The notes under the pieces: generated by a model
What the model saw: only the letters and a program-made list of their open reading frames with translations
Told to the model about the DNA's origin: nothing
Database searches by the model: none
Position numbers and translations under genes: made by a program
Part shown: piece by piece, positions 25,201 to 40,200 of the stretch
Position numbering within the stretch: position 1 is the first letter of the stretch
Layout of the letters: each line of letters begins with the position of its first letter
Source of the DNA: Mizuhopecten yessoensis
Taxonomy: Eukaryota
Direction of reading: 5' to 3'
Assembly: GCF_002113885.1 (NCBI RefSeq)
Contig: NW_018408801.1
Span: forward strand, 1-62,857
Length of the DNA stretch: 62,857 bases

Positions 25201-28200
25201 TCAACATTTTCCTGATATGACTTTTCGAAAGCACATGTGAAGAAAGCAGACCCCTGCCCGTCAACTCCAGGTCGGATATGAGGATGCACGTTGTAAATTG
25301 GCAGGCCGGGTTTAGTTGGGCGCGGTGTAGTTGTGCGAGGTGTAGTTGTACGAGGTGTTGTAGTTTTAGGTGTAGTGGTCGCCTCTGTTGTGGGTTTCGG
25401 AGTAGTTGTCGGCTTTGGTGTGGTAGGTTTCTTTGTTGTCGTTGGCTTAGGTGTTGTTATGTCGTCTGGTTAAAAGAGCAAACAAAAATATATTGAGGCG
25501 AAAAGTTGACTATTTTTTTTTTACATTACATGTTTGTCATAAAATGTTTATATACTTTAATACATTTCTTTAGAATGGCAGATAATCCAAGATTGACAGA
25601 CAACATACGTAGAGTTCCCCCGCGCTTGTAATTTTGACCTAAAATGACTTAAAATATTGTAGGCAGTAAAAAGTAAAAACAATCATTTGTTGTACCTATT
25701 CACAAATTGATTGTATTTTGCAATTGTAGGGACAAAAAGAAAATCCCAAAAGAAAATTTACTTAATAAAATAAAATCAATAATAGATTATCTATTGTTCA
25801 CATGTTTAAAATGTCTTATCCGGTATATATATGTATGAGGCGGAGATATTAGGTGTGTACCTTTACAGATCCAGCCTTTATTACAAACGTCTGTGGTACT
25901 GGCAGGGGGAGGTAATGTTGTCGGTGCCTTCGTTGTTGTTGGAGTTGTCGCCCTTGTCGTAACGGGTTTACGGGTTGTGGTCACTAATACAAAAAAAACA
26001 TTAAGAAATGAACATGACAGGCTCGGTATATAGTTTCATTAGAGATAGTAGAAATGGTTTCATTTTGCAGGGGGACATAACGTTAACAAATGTATTTTTT
26101 ACGCTATTCAGTTGACCAAAAAGTGGTATTTGAAATGCAAATCAAAATATCGAAACTGAACGAAACAGCAACATAAAATCGATACCCTTGTATATATTTC
26201 ATACATTTCGAAATGCTACTCTTCCTGTAAGAAAAAGGTAATACTTATAGCGATAACTTCTTATTAAAAGAGTACCACGTCTGATTATTAGAGGATCTAG
26301 CTTCGTGGGTATTAAAGTGTATGTGTGTGATGTTGACGTTTGAATCATAAACAAACGTAAGTAACATTTTATAAAGGTTAAAAATGTTTCTTTTGAATCG
26401 AAAATAATAACTTACCTTAATTACAATGAAATACTGATAAGATCTTCCCCTTTTTTTAATGGAAAAAAATAACTTACCTTATTGAAAAAGATTCTCGTCT
26501 CAGATATATAGTGGAATGTTGCTTTATACCTAACCAGTTGATGTGCAGCCTTTTGCGTTTTCGTAGTGAGAATCAAAACCAGTGGGATTCAAGATACTTA
26601 TATATGATCTTGCTATGCCTTTAATGTATCACGTGTATTTACATGAAGTCACTCGGTAAGAAAAACAGAGGAAGTGCATGCTGTAAGTCTTCTCTTAAAT
26701 CACTGATTACCTACAAAAAGTCTACAACATTTCTTAAATCATTTTATAAGACGACAATCCATCCCAGAACAAAACTTTATAAGACAAGAGCACCGCAAAC
26801 GGATGCATAATACGCCCGTCAGACCCTATCCAATGATTTTTTTTGTTTATTTGATATTCAAAGTACCTAGTAGCTAGTGTCATGTCTATGTGATAAAAAT
26901 GCTTGCAGTGATGCTTTTGTTACCAAGGGTGATTGTCATCACTGTAATGTTCACATTTATGTAATTGGTTCTTTGTTAATGTACTGCCTCGTGCCTCTTA
27001 ATCAGGGCATGATGTAGACCATTGAGAGTAAGTTTTTTACTCCCCTAAACTTTATTTGACTTATGGGTTTATAGGGACATGTGTACCATAATTGGCTACG
27101 ATTATGCAATTTACAAAAATAGGAATTATTTTCCCAAATCAAATCCATTTTGTCCTTGTTAGACCCCACATAAACATCGATACCAAAGGTTAGGACAATA
27201 ACACATGATCTGATTGAACTGTAGACCACTGAAGAAACTTGCATCCAAACTTTAACCGGACGGACGCAAACGCTAAACATAATACCCCCGTCGAATTTCG
27301 ACGGGCGTATACAAATAATGCTTTTCATAGCATAAGACAGGACACATATAAGTATCGAAAAGTGGTATATATGTTGCAAAAACCGTAGAAAGAATGTATG
27401 ATCATTTTTCTTCTTTAATGATCACGAACCACGTGAGACCGGTTGGGATCAGGAAGCACATAACACAATGTCCTTACTTACCTTTACTTGGCGGGAAACC
27501 GATGATTATGTCGATGTCAATAATGATGTCGATCCAGACTTGCCAGCAGTGGATGGACTTGAGGTAGAAGTCTACCTTTGTCGTGGACGAGACTGTTGGT
27601 GGCTGTCCTACGTAAAGATGCTGGTTCGAGCTGTTGACCAACTGATGGGATATTTGTGTCGTACTAAAATCTACAATCTGCTTGTCTACATACAAAATCA
27701 AACCCTTGTCAAGCGCCCAAGAGACTACGATGGAATTGAAGGACGAGATGGTAAGTTTGTCGCGGGGTACAGACACGTACCATGATACAGTTGAAGTGGA
27801 GACAACACACTGGATTTGGCCAAATCTATAGACGAGGGCAATTCCTGTTCCATCCGTTTTCTCTCCTCCACTTGACATGATTATAGTATTTTCCTGGAGT
27901 GATTCAAACGCCACTTCAACCTCAAACGTGATCCCAGACTGACACATATCAAGATTACCTAAACATGTGTTCTTGTGCATGCCGAAGTCAATGTAGTGGG
28001 TTGTTTGTGTGATGTGGAGGGCCATCTGTTTGGGGTCCACCGTAGCCCCACCGTATACATGTAGCGTAATGTTCTCAGACGTAATCAGATTCGTCTGGCT
28101 GATTTGTGTGAACGACCAGTTGTAGGAAACTATATTCTTGGCTGATGTAGTAGTCGGGGGCTTTGTTGGTGGCAGTGTTGTTGTTGGCGCCTTTGCTGTT

Positions 28201-31200
28201 GGTGGTGTTGTTGGCGCCTTTGTTGTTGGTGGTGGTGTTGTTGGCGCCTTTGTTGTTGGTGGTAGTGTCGTTGGCGTCTTTGTTGTTGGTGGTGTTGTTG
28301 GCGCCTTTGTCGTTTGTGTTGTTGGGGCTGCCGTTGGTGCTAAATAAATATCGAAACCGATCGTTATTTCTGATAATCAGTATTGTTCTGTAGATTAATA
28401 TAATAATAATTAGAGTGCACTACATGTATCAATCATTGATATAATACATGTACTTAATGTAGTGATGACATTTCTTTCTTAATCAAACGAGCAATTCAGT
28501 TACACATACTATCAGTTGTTTATCAATATTTAGAATGACTGCAATAGTTGTACCAAGTGGAACTACAAAATGATGTCTAACATTGATATTTAGGGAGATA
28601 ACATGTACTGAAGGCAGCATCAGTATTGAAGGTGATAATATTGTTTAACGATCAATTAATAAAGAATGAACGGATAAAGAATTGATGTTTAAACTACGGT
28701 GAGACATGTCGCTTTGTCGATATTCGATGCTGATGCATAATTTATATTAATAACAAGAATAGGCTGTGAAACTTTGAAAACAATCTGACAAAAGTTGGAG
28801 ATAAACCTTTCACACAACACATTCACATTTAAATAGTTCAAACACACTCAATCATTATACAATTATACAACGGTTATAAAGTATCTTTATCTTAACGTAT
28901 CACATGAAAAAGTCGCTGTGTATTTACTTTAATGGTTTTCGAGGATTCAAGGAACCAGAACTATTATTTTAAACTGAAAGCGACATCGAACATTTCTATT
29001 TAACTTAAAATAAATGTGTTCATTACAAATTGAAATGATTTAAAGACGAAATCTTAAGTCCAAATGTTTAATGAGTATTTTAGAGCGCCATTAGAACGGT
29101 TTTTTTCAATAAAAATGAAGCGCCTGCGCCGTCTGTAGGCCTTTTAGGATGTATTCAGTAAGCGCAAATCAAGCAATTATTGTGTGGTCTACCGCGCAGC
29201 TATTGATCACTATCACTATTTGCATATTAAGTTGATTGTGCAGTTATTAATATTTTCAGGATTTCCATCAATAAAACACAAACACGAATTCTTTCCATAA
29301 TTGTTACAATACTGATCTGTTAAAAATGTTATGGACAAATATCACGTTTAACATACCATCAGAACGCAAACGTGTTTATCAACTCATTGGTTTGTAATTG
29401 TAAAACCAGCACACAGTAATATTATGTGATACTTAAAAGCGGGTTATATTTTATACAATATGTAGAAGTCTGTAATAATGATAATCAGATTTAGAAGTAA
29501 TAATGTTATATAGTATTTTGAAGTACACAATATTTATTTGCAATACTTAAAGTATTCAATATTTCATACAGTAAGTAGCATGTCATCAGTATTAAAAGGT
29601 AATGATATTATATAGTGTTTAAAAACTTCAAAACAAATTGTAAATATTTATTTAAATGTAACATTGATATACACTAATTAAAAATATGTTATATTGTTAG
29701 TATGTGATATTCAGCATTGTTTTACAACTGTGTACAGTGTTTTCAGGATTTCAGGGTTTTTTAACCACTACGCAATAACCGATATTGTTAAACAGTTTTT
29801 AGAAGTATTTAAACTTGTTACACATTATTTAGAAACAATGTTATATATGTGATGGCACGAATTTTCCCAACATCGTCATCGGTTGATTCATATTCACGTG
29901 GAGGTCAGTCATTTTATATACTTACTCGATGTTTCTAGCTCCATCTTGTTTAATGGTAAAACGTTATAATTTCATATCTCCGTTAATGTCGCTTTCTCAG
30001 GTCCATATAACCATATTTTCACCTCAATAAAAGTCCATAATTGATGAAATAGTTTTTCAAATAATATTACAATTAACTCACATTGAAAATAATGCACACA
30101 TTTCTCAAAAATGTTCACTAGAAAACCAAAGTTAGATAGCGATGATAAGTACTCACGTTTAGGTTTTGTTGACGTTGGCTTGATTGTGGTGTAATCTACA
30201 AAAACAAATGAAAATATGATCCAGATGCTAATAGGAAACATGCGTACGATTATAAAATGAAATAAAACCAGGTCCCGAACGTTTTCTCATTATTTTAAAA
30301 GATATCTTTCCATGCTGTTTAAGGTTACCTATGTATCCCTGTGTATTTGCGTGTTGCAGTTACTTCGGTATTCAAGAGCTAGCTCTGAATCTTATTGTTT
30401 CCGTGATAGATGTGGACTGCGGACGAGGTAAAAGAGAGATGAGGTAAAAGAAGATTATAGGCTATTTCAATGTTGCCAATACTATTTCATTGGAATATAT
30501 TTTACTTCCCTGTGTGATATAAAGGTTAACTTTAGAGTATGCTAATCAGACTGCTTTGTTGTTTCGTTCTAACTACACCTGCTTAAATGTCACCTTAATG
30601 TTCAAGAAAGGTGTTATCTATAAAGCAGGGATCCTTACCCTTCAAAAACGCCTGGTCATGTGTCTAATTTGTATGTAAGTTATCAAAGGTTTGCAGGTGA
30701 GTATTTCCTTTGTTGATATTTTTCCTTACTTTTATCGATTACGAATTCGAATTACAGTTTTTGCGGCATTTAGTTGCCAGTTAAAATACTAAACCAAGAA
30801 GTAGGATGAAACATTTAACGGATATTTAGATCCATGTTATAAACAAATATTGTCTTTGGCAACAACACCATTAACATATTTGCATTATAATGCAATTCTC
30901 CGAAGAAAACACCAAATATCCTGATGCCATAAACTAGTAGGGTCATGAAATGGGCGGAACTCAGTGGAAAACAAAAGCTTAACTATTTATTCCTTCACCT
31001 TGAATAATATGTTCGTGTATGAGAACATCACGTGACGCTGTCCATGCAAACAAGTTTCTGATATCAAGGAATGAAGTGCTGGAGGATCCATGACCTTTCG
31101 CAATCAGTAAAGAATGAATATCCGGTTGTGTTGGGTTGGGGAATCTGAGTGTATGATTCATAAACAGCTGACCGTCAATGTATACTATAAATCCATCGAC

Positions 31201-34200
31201 ATCATTCCAGGACACTTGATAGGTATGCCACTCAGTATGACTGAAATGAATTTTGGATTTCGAAGCCCATAAGACTTTATTCCACTTCACAGAACAATAC
31301 AACTCCCCCTTCCACAGGTACAGTGCAATACCGGAAGTGTTCAACTGGTCGCCTCCACTTGAGAAGATGTACTGTTTATCCGTGATTGAAGAGTTAAGAA
31401 ATTTTATTTCTAAACTCAATGTAAAACCGTTGTCACATGTAGTTAGATCTTGCAAGCACTGCATGCCGGTATTTGGCAGTTCCACATACTGTCCAGTCGT
31501 ATTGAGTACAAGTATGGCACCTCCGCTAATTTCCGGTACGATGCTAGGCTTCCCATACACGGTGAAGTTGTGCAGAGGTGTCACCAATAAGTTGTCCTTT
31601 ATCAGTATGAATGTGAAGTTTAAAGACTGGATGGTTGATTTCGTTGTAACTGTGAAATCAGAATAGATTTGTTACATTGGCTTATAGCTTTTTTAAAGCG
31701 TCCTTTAATTCATCTAACTTTTATAACTTGTTTCGTGTCTTGTCTAGAAGAGTGAGACTGTACAGGTGTATGGTACATATATCGCTTAGCTAAAACATGG
31801 TTTGGATATAGATGTAGATTTATTTGTGCATCATAAGTTAGATACATTCAGTTCGTTAATATAGCCACAACCTATCAGGTTTACCCACTAATGAGTCGGT
31901 GAGCATAACTTTTCTTTTTATGTATCATAAGTTTATTATACATTAAAGGATTGTTGGTAGTGTGTCCATACCTGCAGTTGATGCTGGCGTTGACACAGCG
32001 ATTGGGGTGGTACTGGGCTTTGTTGCTGAAAGGACATTGCACCGACATTAATCACGATATAGAAAAGAATAAAACATTACTTAAAATCAAACGTAGATTT
32101 GTTTTCGTTTCGGGGACATTTGATATTTAAATCAAAGAGAATTTATTAATGCGTCATGCTATATTGTTTTTTTGATAAAAGTTATTTTTTTTATCATCTT
32201 TGTGCTGAAAAATGTGTTTTTCATTATCCTTATTAAATAAATATTTTAGAATACCTAATGATATTTTCTACGCACACAGATCAGCTGAACATCCTAATAT
32301 AGCATGTGCATTGTACGTGTTTCAATATAATTTTGTTTAAACCTGAAACCTAAAAATTAACTTTTATTAACTAGCAGTTTCTAATAACATGCAACCACAC
32401 TGACAGGCCCAATAAATACATGTATCAACGTATATGTAAATATGAACATATTGTAGATAGTACATTTTAATTTGTTTTATTTATGATGTTAAAATGTTAA
32501 AAATGTATTATACATTTACTACAATACAAAATTTACTCGTTAGTCCTTCTTTTGAATGCATACAGGCTGCCTAGGCTCAAATGCAAAATGGTATGAAGCA
32601 TAAATATATCAGAAACATGGAATTGATATTAAATTGGGCGGACTCACTTGTCCAAATGCCTTGTTGTACAAGATACGAGCGTTCGTAATCTATTACCAAC
32701 AGACTGTATATCTCCATGGAAACGGTCGTGTGTACCGATGAGAAACCGTAGCCAATCGAAAGTGCGTTAATCGAATTCCCCGGTGTTACCCGGATGGACT
32801 CCATTGCTTCCCCCACCAGCAAACCGTTAATGTACAGCTTTGATCCTAAAGTTTTGCTCCAGGATATTTCCATTCGGTATATGACATTCGTTTTAAGAGA
32901 ACTCTTGACCTCGAAGTTCCAGATCTGTGAACTCGTACTGATGACCAGTTTAATTTTATTGTTAATATATAGCAACGCTACGCCCATACCACGATCCAGA
33001 TCACCGCCATTAGAAAGGAAATAGGTGTTGTTTTCAAGCTGTTTGGTTAAGACAACAATGGCTAGGCTGAATCCGTGGGAGCATGTATCAATAGCTTGCA
33101 GACATGATTGGAATGTTTTGTTGACAATAGTTATGTAGGAATCAGTCCCATTCAACATCACCGCCTTCCCTCCTGATTGGGAGGTTGATAGTGTCACGTG
33201 ACCATGTATATTAAGCGTCAAGTTCGAAGTGGTTTGAATGACGTTTCCAACAATACTTTGAAACTCAAATGTTTCTTGAATCAACCCTGCAAATACGATT
33301 TGATTATTAATTAAACGTATTTCCGCCTTTCCCAAAACATTTAAGGTATGACACTTACAAATAAGCAAATTTCTCACATATTTTCCATAAGACATTTTTG
33401 CAGATAGTACGAGTATGCAGTACGAAAGACAACATCAATACATGTGCATTAACACGTCCGCATGATCGACAAGCGATATGTCCAAGTCAGGTCAACAAAC
33501 ATCTAGGGTAAGATTGTGTTTAGTAACCTAAAACGGGAGCTAAACAATCATAACTCTCAAAGAGTCACGTGACCATGGATGTTTTGCTTCAGTAATGAAG
33601 TGGTCTGCATGATGTTTCCAACAAGCTGTAATATTTATTGAAACACCCTGCAAATGCAGTATCATTTATTACTTAATGAAACGTATGTTTATTTCTAAAA
33701 CATGAAGCAATATTCCATATGACGCCTACATTTTTTTTTTTTTTTACATCCACGTTTGCGAGTACGTGCGAGTATATTTACACATCCCCATATTCAAGGA
33801 GTGAATTCTCCGACGTAAAATGAACACATATTGGCGGTAAGTATTGTTATCATAAGACCACGGTAGCATGATGTTAAATACACACCCACAAAAAGGGATC
33901 CGAAAACAATTGCGCTCAAATCGCGAACCGAACAGTTCCGGTCATTGAAAAGTCACAAATCAGCATTTATCACAAATGTATTAAGTTAATGCAAAAAAGC
34001 CAAATAAAGGAAAACCTTTACCTGCACCCGTGGCCATTCCGTCTATTTAAGAAACGGCGGTGGTTCTTAAGGTCAAACTATTTCTAAATTGGTCTGAGTT
34101 ATATATAGAAAATGGAACAAATGGAAACGGGTTTTTAAAACCTTTTATAACTTTGCATTTAACGGCTGGAGGAGATTATCTATCGTTTAACTAGCATTTT

Positions 34201-37200
34201 TATATAAATCTTGCCACAATTGAATGCATAAATATATAAAGTAGTTGTATAATTTATAAGTACAGTGAGAAGCTTTGGAGTATGAAATATATTTCGCAAA
34301 GTGAAATAACATGGGTATATAAAACAGTTTTTAGTAAGGTGGGATGAAGAAAGATAGAAATGCAGGTGTATGCGTGTATTAGTAACGACAATTCTAGACC
34401 ATTAATCATGTTCTATCGCATTTTCTAGAAAAGGTGAACTTCAAACATAAATGGTTTTGATACAAATGTATACTGTCTATATTTCTAGAATAAATATCAG
34501 ATACAGTAAAGCTTTGTAAAACTAGCCACAACTTATTATGCTGTCCATCTATCGAGTTTGGTTACTTATCCCCCTCCCTTTATATATGAGTGTGTCTTAT
34601 TTGTCATCATTGGAATGATATCTTATAGTTCTTCACCTAGTTTTCATAAATCCACATTTTACCAAAGACTAAATTTAGTGTCGAGATTAACGAGGTTCTA
34701 CGAAACAAGTGTGTCAATACACTGGCGTTTTGCATAATATACTAACTAGGTCAATTGACTTATCTACTTAGTAAGTGTCAAACCCAAAAAGGAATTCGCA
34801 TACTATAGAATAGTGTAGATTCAAATTATTTTTATCGCAGATGCATACATTTTGTAGTACATCGTTAACAGAACTATAATATTATTTACAGACGGACGAC
34901 CAATACCATGCTTCAGTATGATACGAGAATGCGTCTGGTCGGAAAATCAAACCTGATGAATATTTCTTATTTTAACACAATTTATAACAAAAAATCGTTT
35001 TAAAAGGCATTCTTTAAAAATAACTTATTTTAACATATGTTAAATATTAGGAATAACTACACCGTTTTCTGTATGTAACCAATAAGATATAATTACATTT
35101 CAGGTTATCGCAATCTCTATTCTGGCATGCCTAACTGATGACAAACAAATAAAATCATTTATGACATTAGTCAGTTTATAGAATAGGAATAATGTTTATA
35201 GCTCAGATAATCAAACAAACATTTACCTGACGATGGTTTCGTTGGCTTAGCAGTACTTGTTGTTGTGGTTGGTACTGAAATGAAATGAAACTTGCACTTA
35301 AAGACGAGTGAACGAGAAAGTGAGAGATATTTAGTATGTAAGTTACAATAATAAATTTGACATGGATACACTGATTGTTCGATTTCAAGAAAAGATCACA
35401 GAGAATGTCAAACGAAAACGCTGTATTTAAAGACAGTAAGGTATGGATATACATTAAGAATAGTACATAAGGACAGAAACATACATACTATATTAACTTT
35501 TAAATTAGGCAATTTCGGAATTGCTTTATACATATATAACGAAAATCGATGAAAAGGACGAAAAAATAAATCAATAATATAAACATCACTTTAGTTCTGC
35601 TTACCGGTGATGACACCTTGGGTCACTAAATCTGTCCTCTTAGCGTCGTATGTTTTCAGACCGTTGAATGTCACTGATACCTCAGAAGACGTGCTAACGT
35701 AGCCATAACCCAAAGTTAATTCCCTTGGTTTTATCTTAAGCGCCGTTGGGCGGGGCTGTGGTCGGGTAATGCTACCGATCAGCTTGCCGTTGTTAAGGAG
35801 TTCGATTCCGAGAGAAGAACTCCAGGAGATCTCGAGGTGCTGCCAAACGCCTGTGACCAGACTAGTGGTTGTTGTGAGGCTCCATATGAGGGTCTCAGTC
35901 GTCACTATATAGTGTAGCTGTTTGGAAGCGTAATACAGCGTTAAACCCATGCCGTCAGGACGATCACCACCATTAGAAATTATATAGGTATTCTCCTCCA
36001 GTTTGTTGAACATGACATTCAGGTTGATTGTAAACCCAGAGCTACACGATCTTATATCTCTAAGACAAGACGGAAACACAGCATTACTGACTGTTACGTA
36101 ACTATTGGCGCCGGTCACGTGCATTGCCTGTCCGAGAGATGAATTAACCAGACTCACGTGGCCTTGGATGTTAAAAGTCAGGGCTGTCGTCGTATGGATC
36201 ACGTGCTTGATGATAGTTGTTATTTCAAAAACAGTCGTTGTAAGTGTCGTAACTGTTAACAGAAGATATGAATAAAAAGTAATTATATTGTACAAAGCTA
36301 CTCAAAGGGTACATCATTACGATTCTTTTAATAATTTCCACATTTATTCTGGATATTTCGTTTTAAATTTGTGGAATAACTTAAATTTCTTTAATTGATA
36401 CCCTTCTGTTTAAAAAGCAGGAATTCAAAAAGTATCGTTAGAATTATATATAAACAAAGCTTTAAAGTACTCACCACTGCAGTCCGATCCGTAAAACCCA
36501 CGTGTACACGCACACTGTTGCTGGCCGACACATGTTCCGCCATTCTTACAAAAACCCGAGGAGCACAGCTCTGTCAAGTTCAAAAGATTCATTATTACTA
36601 GTGACATGCCAAAAACATGCAATGGATAATCCATATGAAGAAAAAAAGCCACATGTTTGGCTGGAGATGAAAATAGGGGAACCACACACAGAATTGATTG
36701 ACCAAACTGTGCAATGCTACTAATTCCTCTATGTTAATGAACGTTCGCTTTGTGTTCCTACATGTTACCACTGACAGGCAATAAGTAACTTTTTAAAAGA
36801 TGAAATATCATAAAATGAAACAAACTAACAAAACCTACAAATTACACATTTGAAGGAATTTGCAATGCCATTGTACACTATCATAAAAACTTCAGCAAAA
36901 TTGAGATGTAGATAGGAACCATTGCCATAATGTGTAAAAAGAAAAAATAGATGTCACGACGTCCATCTTCGATGACTGAACGATAATTCAATCACGTTAC
37001 TCCTATCTACATATGCCCATCAAACCTATTGTATACGTTCATGTTATAGTATCTTACAAGTAGACTCTGAAGAAACGTCAGGAAGCCATTTAGCAGAAGG
37101 AAAATAAATAGAAGAATAAGAAAAAAGAAGGATTAGAAGAAAGAGACGTAAAACAGGTGGGGGGGGGGGATATTTGTGAAATATGTAGATTACCTGAAGG

Positions 37201-40200
37201 TTCACAGCCCAGGACGTCGAACCGAAAGCAGGGATTTATCTCACTGGTGAGAGGATATATCCTCAGGGCATCTATGGCAACGTGGGGGTTAACACTCAAC
37301 CAGGACTTGCGGATGGTACTGTTGGATATTGCGTCAATCGTCTACAGCAGAGGTAAGCTTATTTATAGACTTTTCGCCTTAAGCTTTAATTCATTATCTT
37401 AAAGTTCACTTTTATAAATTTAAATGGCCTTCCCTTACGACAGTTTTGTATTCTTAGTATTTTTGATTTTTCTGGGGATGACATTTTACCATGTGTATTT
37501 TAGCAAATGCCAATTTCCTCCTTGCATATCACTTTAGCATGTATTATATGAAATAAATGCTTTCGTAACTTGCAAAACGTTGTAAAGTACACTTTTTTTC
37601 TGTGTAAAATCCTTTATGACTAGACCATGTATTCAACATTCCATACATATAAGTGTACCTCTATGAAAACATAATCAACGACATCACAATTTTCCGATAT
37701 GAGTTATTACTCTTGATAATTACATATCCCGTGAAATGTGTACAGGAGTAAGGACACATATCTTTTGGTTCTTTTTTTTCCAAAATGTAATACCTACTGG
37801 TGCTACAACCCTCCATTGCTTGAGAGAATCTTCTGATAAGATGATCTCCAGGCGAAAGGTCTTCATAAAGAAGGTCGGTGGGATGAGAACTCCCAGCATA
37901 GACGGAGGCTGGATCTCAAGTCCACCAAAGGCCACAGGTGATGGAAACATGACCTCGTACCACGGAGTGAGATCAGCGTGAGCAGGGCACCAGCCGCCGA
38001 TAACATCACCTGTCAATAGGTGTACATCGTCTATACGGTCTAGTTATCTAGATATAGCTATATGTGGTTAACATTGAGATTATGTATTTTAGATGTAATG
38101 AAACTATATACAAACTATCTAAAAATAAGCTTTCAAATAATTTTAAATTTTGAAATTTAGTTTTATGTATCGTGCGATGTATGTACATTTGTCACGTTTT
38201 CTTAACATGATTTGGATGTTACATCTTGACCACACACATTCTTACCTTTGCAACAGTAGTTCAGCCTCCCCATATCCTTGGATTGGTTTTTGGCAGACGT
38301 GGACACTCGTAGATGATCCGACGATAATGTGTTATCACCTAACCCTTGCCTAGCCATGCACGCTAAAATATAAACCAGACACTTGGTCAAATACTGTATC
38401 GGATTTTCAAGTTTGTTTATATAACTTGGCAGGTTCTATCAAAATATTTCTAAAATCCACCAAACGAAGTAATGATGACAGTTCACCACCGATCAATAGC
38501 TTTATTCATTTTGTTTAGATATTGACTTGTCTCTTAACTCGACCTTTATACCTGCCTAGAGTTATGGAGTTAGGACAAAATTCCGAAATTAAAATATTAA
38601 TTTTGTTATCAAAATAAAGCTAAATAATCTCATGAGAGACAGTTACTTTGACATATCCAGTCCTCTTCACGCGTAATAAATAAGTTATATTTTGTGATAT
38701 GTTAAGCAATCAAGATTGTATCTCAGAGATAGCGACAATGTTACATGCAACTCGGTGAAATAAACGTATGAGTGGTGATACATACCGTTTGCAGGTGGTT
38801 TACCTGAGATAAAACATAAAAGGCAATGATAAGTTCAGTGCAAAGATGTCATTGGAAAGTTGAATTAAAAATGTAATTATAAAAGAGTACCATGTTCACC
38901 ATTGATATTGTTGTTATTTAACAAATGAATTTAAGAAAATGATTATAATGAAAACATATCCATACAAAAAGTTAAAGCACGTACTCGTTTCAGTTTCACA
39001 GAGATTACCACTGAAGCCGTAGGGACATTTACATACTGCATTCTGTAAACATTGTCCTCCATTCTGACAGTCAGGGCAGATGTCTGGACAAACAAAATAA
39101 CACAAAAGTTTACTAATTTGGTCTAACTTAAAATGGCCTCCATCAGACATGACAATATTGCATTCTACTTGTTCTACGTGTATGGCAAAAACCGTTATAA
39201 TGGCATATCTAACATTTTTGTTTTCACATACAATGATAAAGTTTACATAACTAGATTTTTATTTTTATTTAGAGTTGTTTGTAAAATATCACTGTTTCTC
39301 ATAGTTGTCTTCATCGTTTATTCGTTGACAATTGCTTTATTATGATGTAAGTTTGGCCTATCCCCTCTTGATATACCTTTTTTTCAAAATTTTTGCATTT
39401 TGTCACAGTGCTATAGTATTTATACCTTTAGGAGAACATCCAAAGAGTTGTAGCCGCATGCATGGACTGTGGTCAAAAGATACTATGTTTATCCTCATCT
39501 TGATAAGGTTACTGCCTCCTGCATCCATAACAGTTGCTGAATGATTATTAAGCTGTGTATCCTGATAAAAGAAAATGGATAATTGATAGATTAGAATTGA
39601 TGTAGAAACAAACATTTTAAAAACAGAATGATTATGATTAACGGTATATGTACTTAAATGATTAATTGCTTACTTTATTAGCTCAAAAACCTAATCTATG
39701 TGTATAGTATGTAATTTGAAATATTAATTTGTTGGAGAACAATATGAAAATATGTACCATGTGCATAAGAAAATTATGGATAATAGTTAGAACTGATACT
39801 ATACCATATTCACAACAATTCGTTAATAATGATCCTATGGTCACGTCCAAGCAATTTATAACCGTTTTGCAATGCCTTTTGGAAGACAACCGAGTTCTCA
39901 CAGACATACCGGTATTTTCATCACGCACGTTCATTAAAAAACCCTTTTACTTTTATATATTTCAAAACGAATATATTTTTTTCTTTTTTACAAATACATA
40001 AACAGTCTTTATGACATTAATCTTGCTCACAGCTTTTTGCGCTTCCCATTTTGAATTTTCCTTTGAAGAATTTGTGTTGGTTTCAATCAATTTCATGCTC
40101 ATTTTTACATATAGCCACTGTGATAACATTATTATAAAGTAATCATATGATACAGATGGATAAATTTGTTTTTCCTATTAACATACGTAAATGTAGAAAG

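Noticed and set aside
26405-26482. Two AAG|GTAAGT donor consensus sites on the minus strand
   Set aside because: I found no convincing upstream acceptor or open micro-exon; the flanking exons already join in frame.
28138-28393. Hydrophobic Val/Gly/Leu plus-strand ORFs (also the Cys/Arg ORF 25278-25496)
   Set aside because: They are antisense shadows of Thr/Pro mucin repeats.
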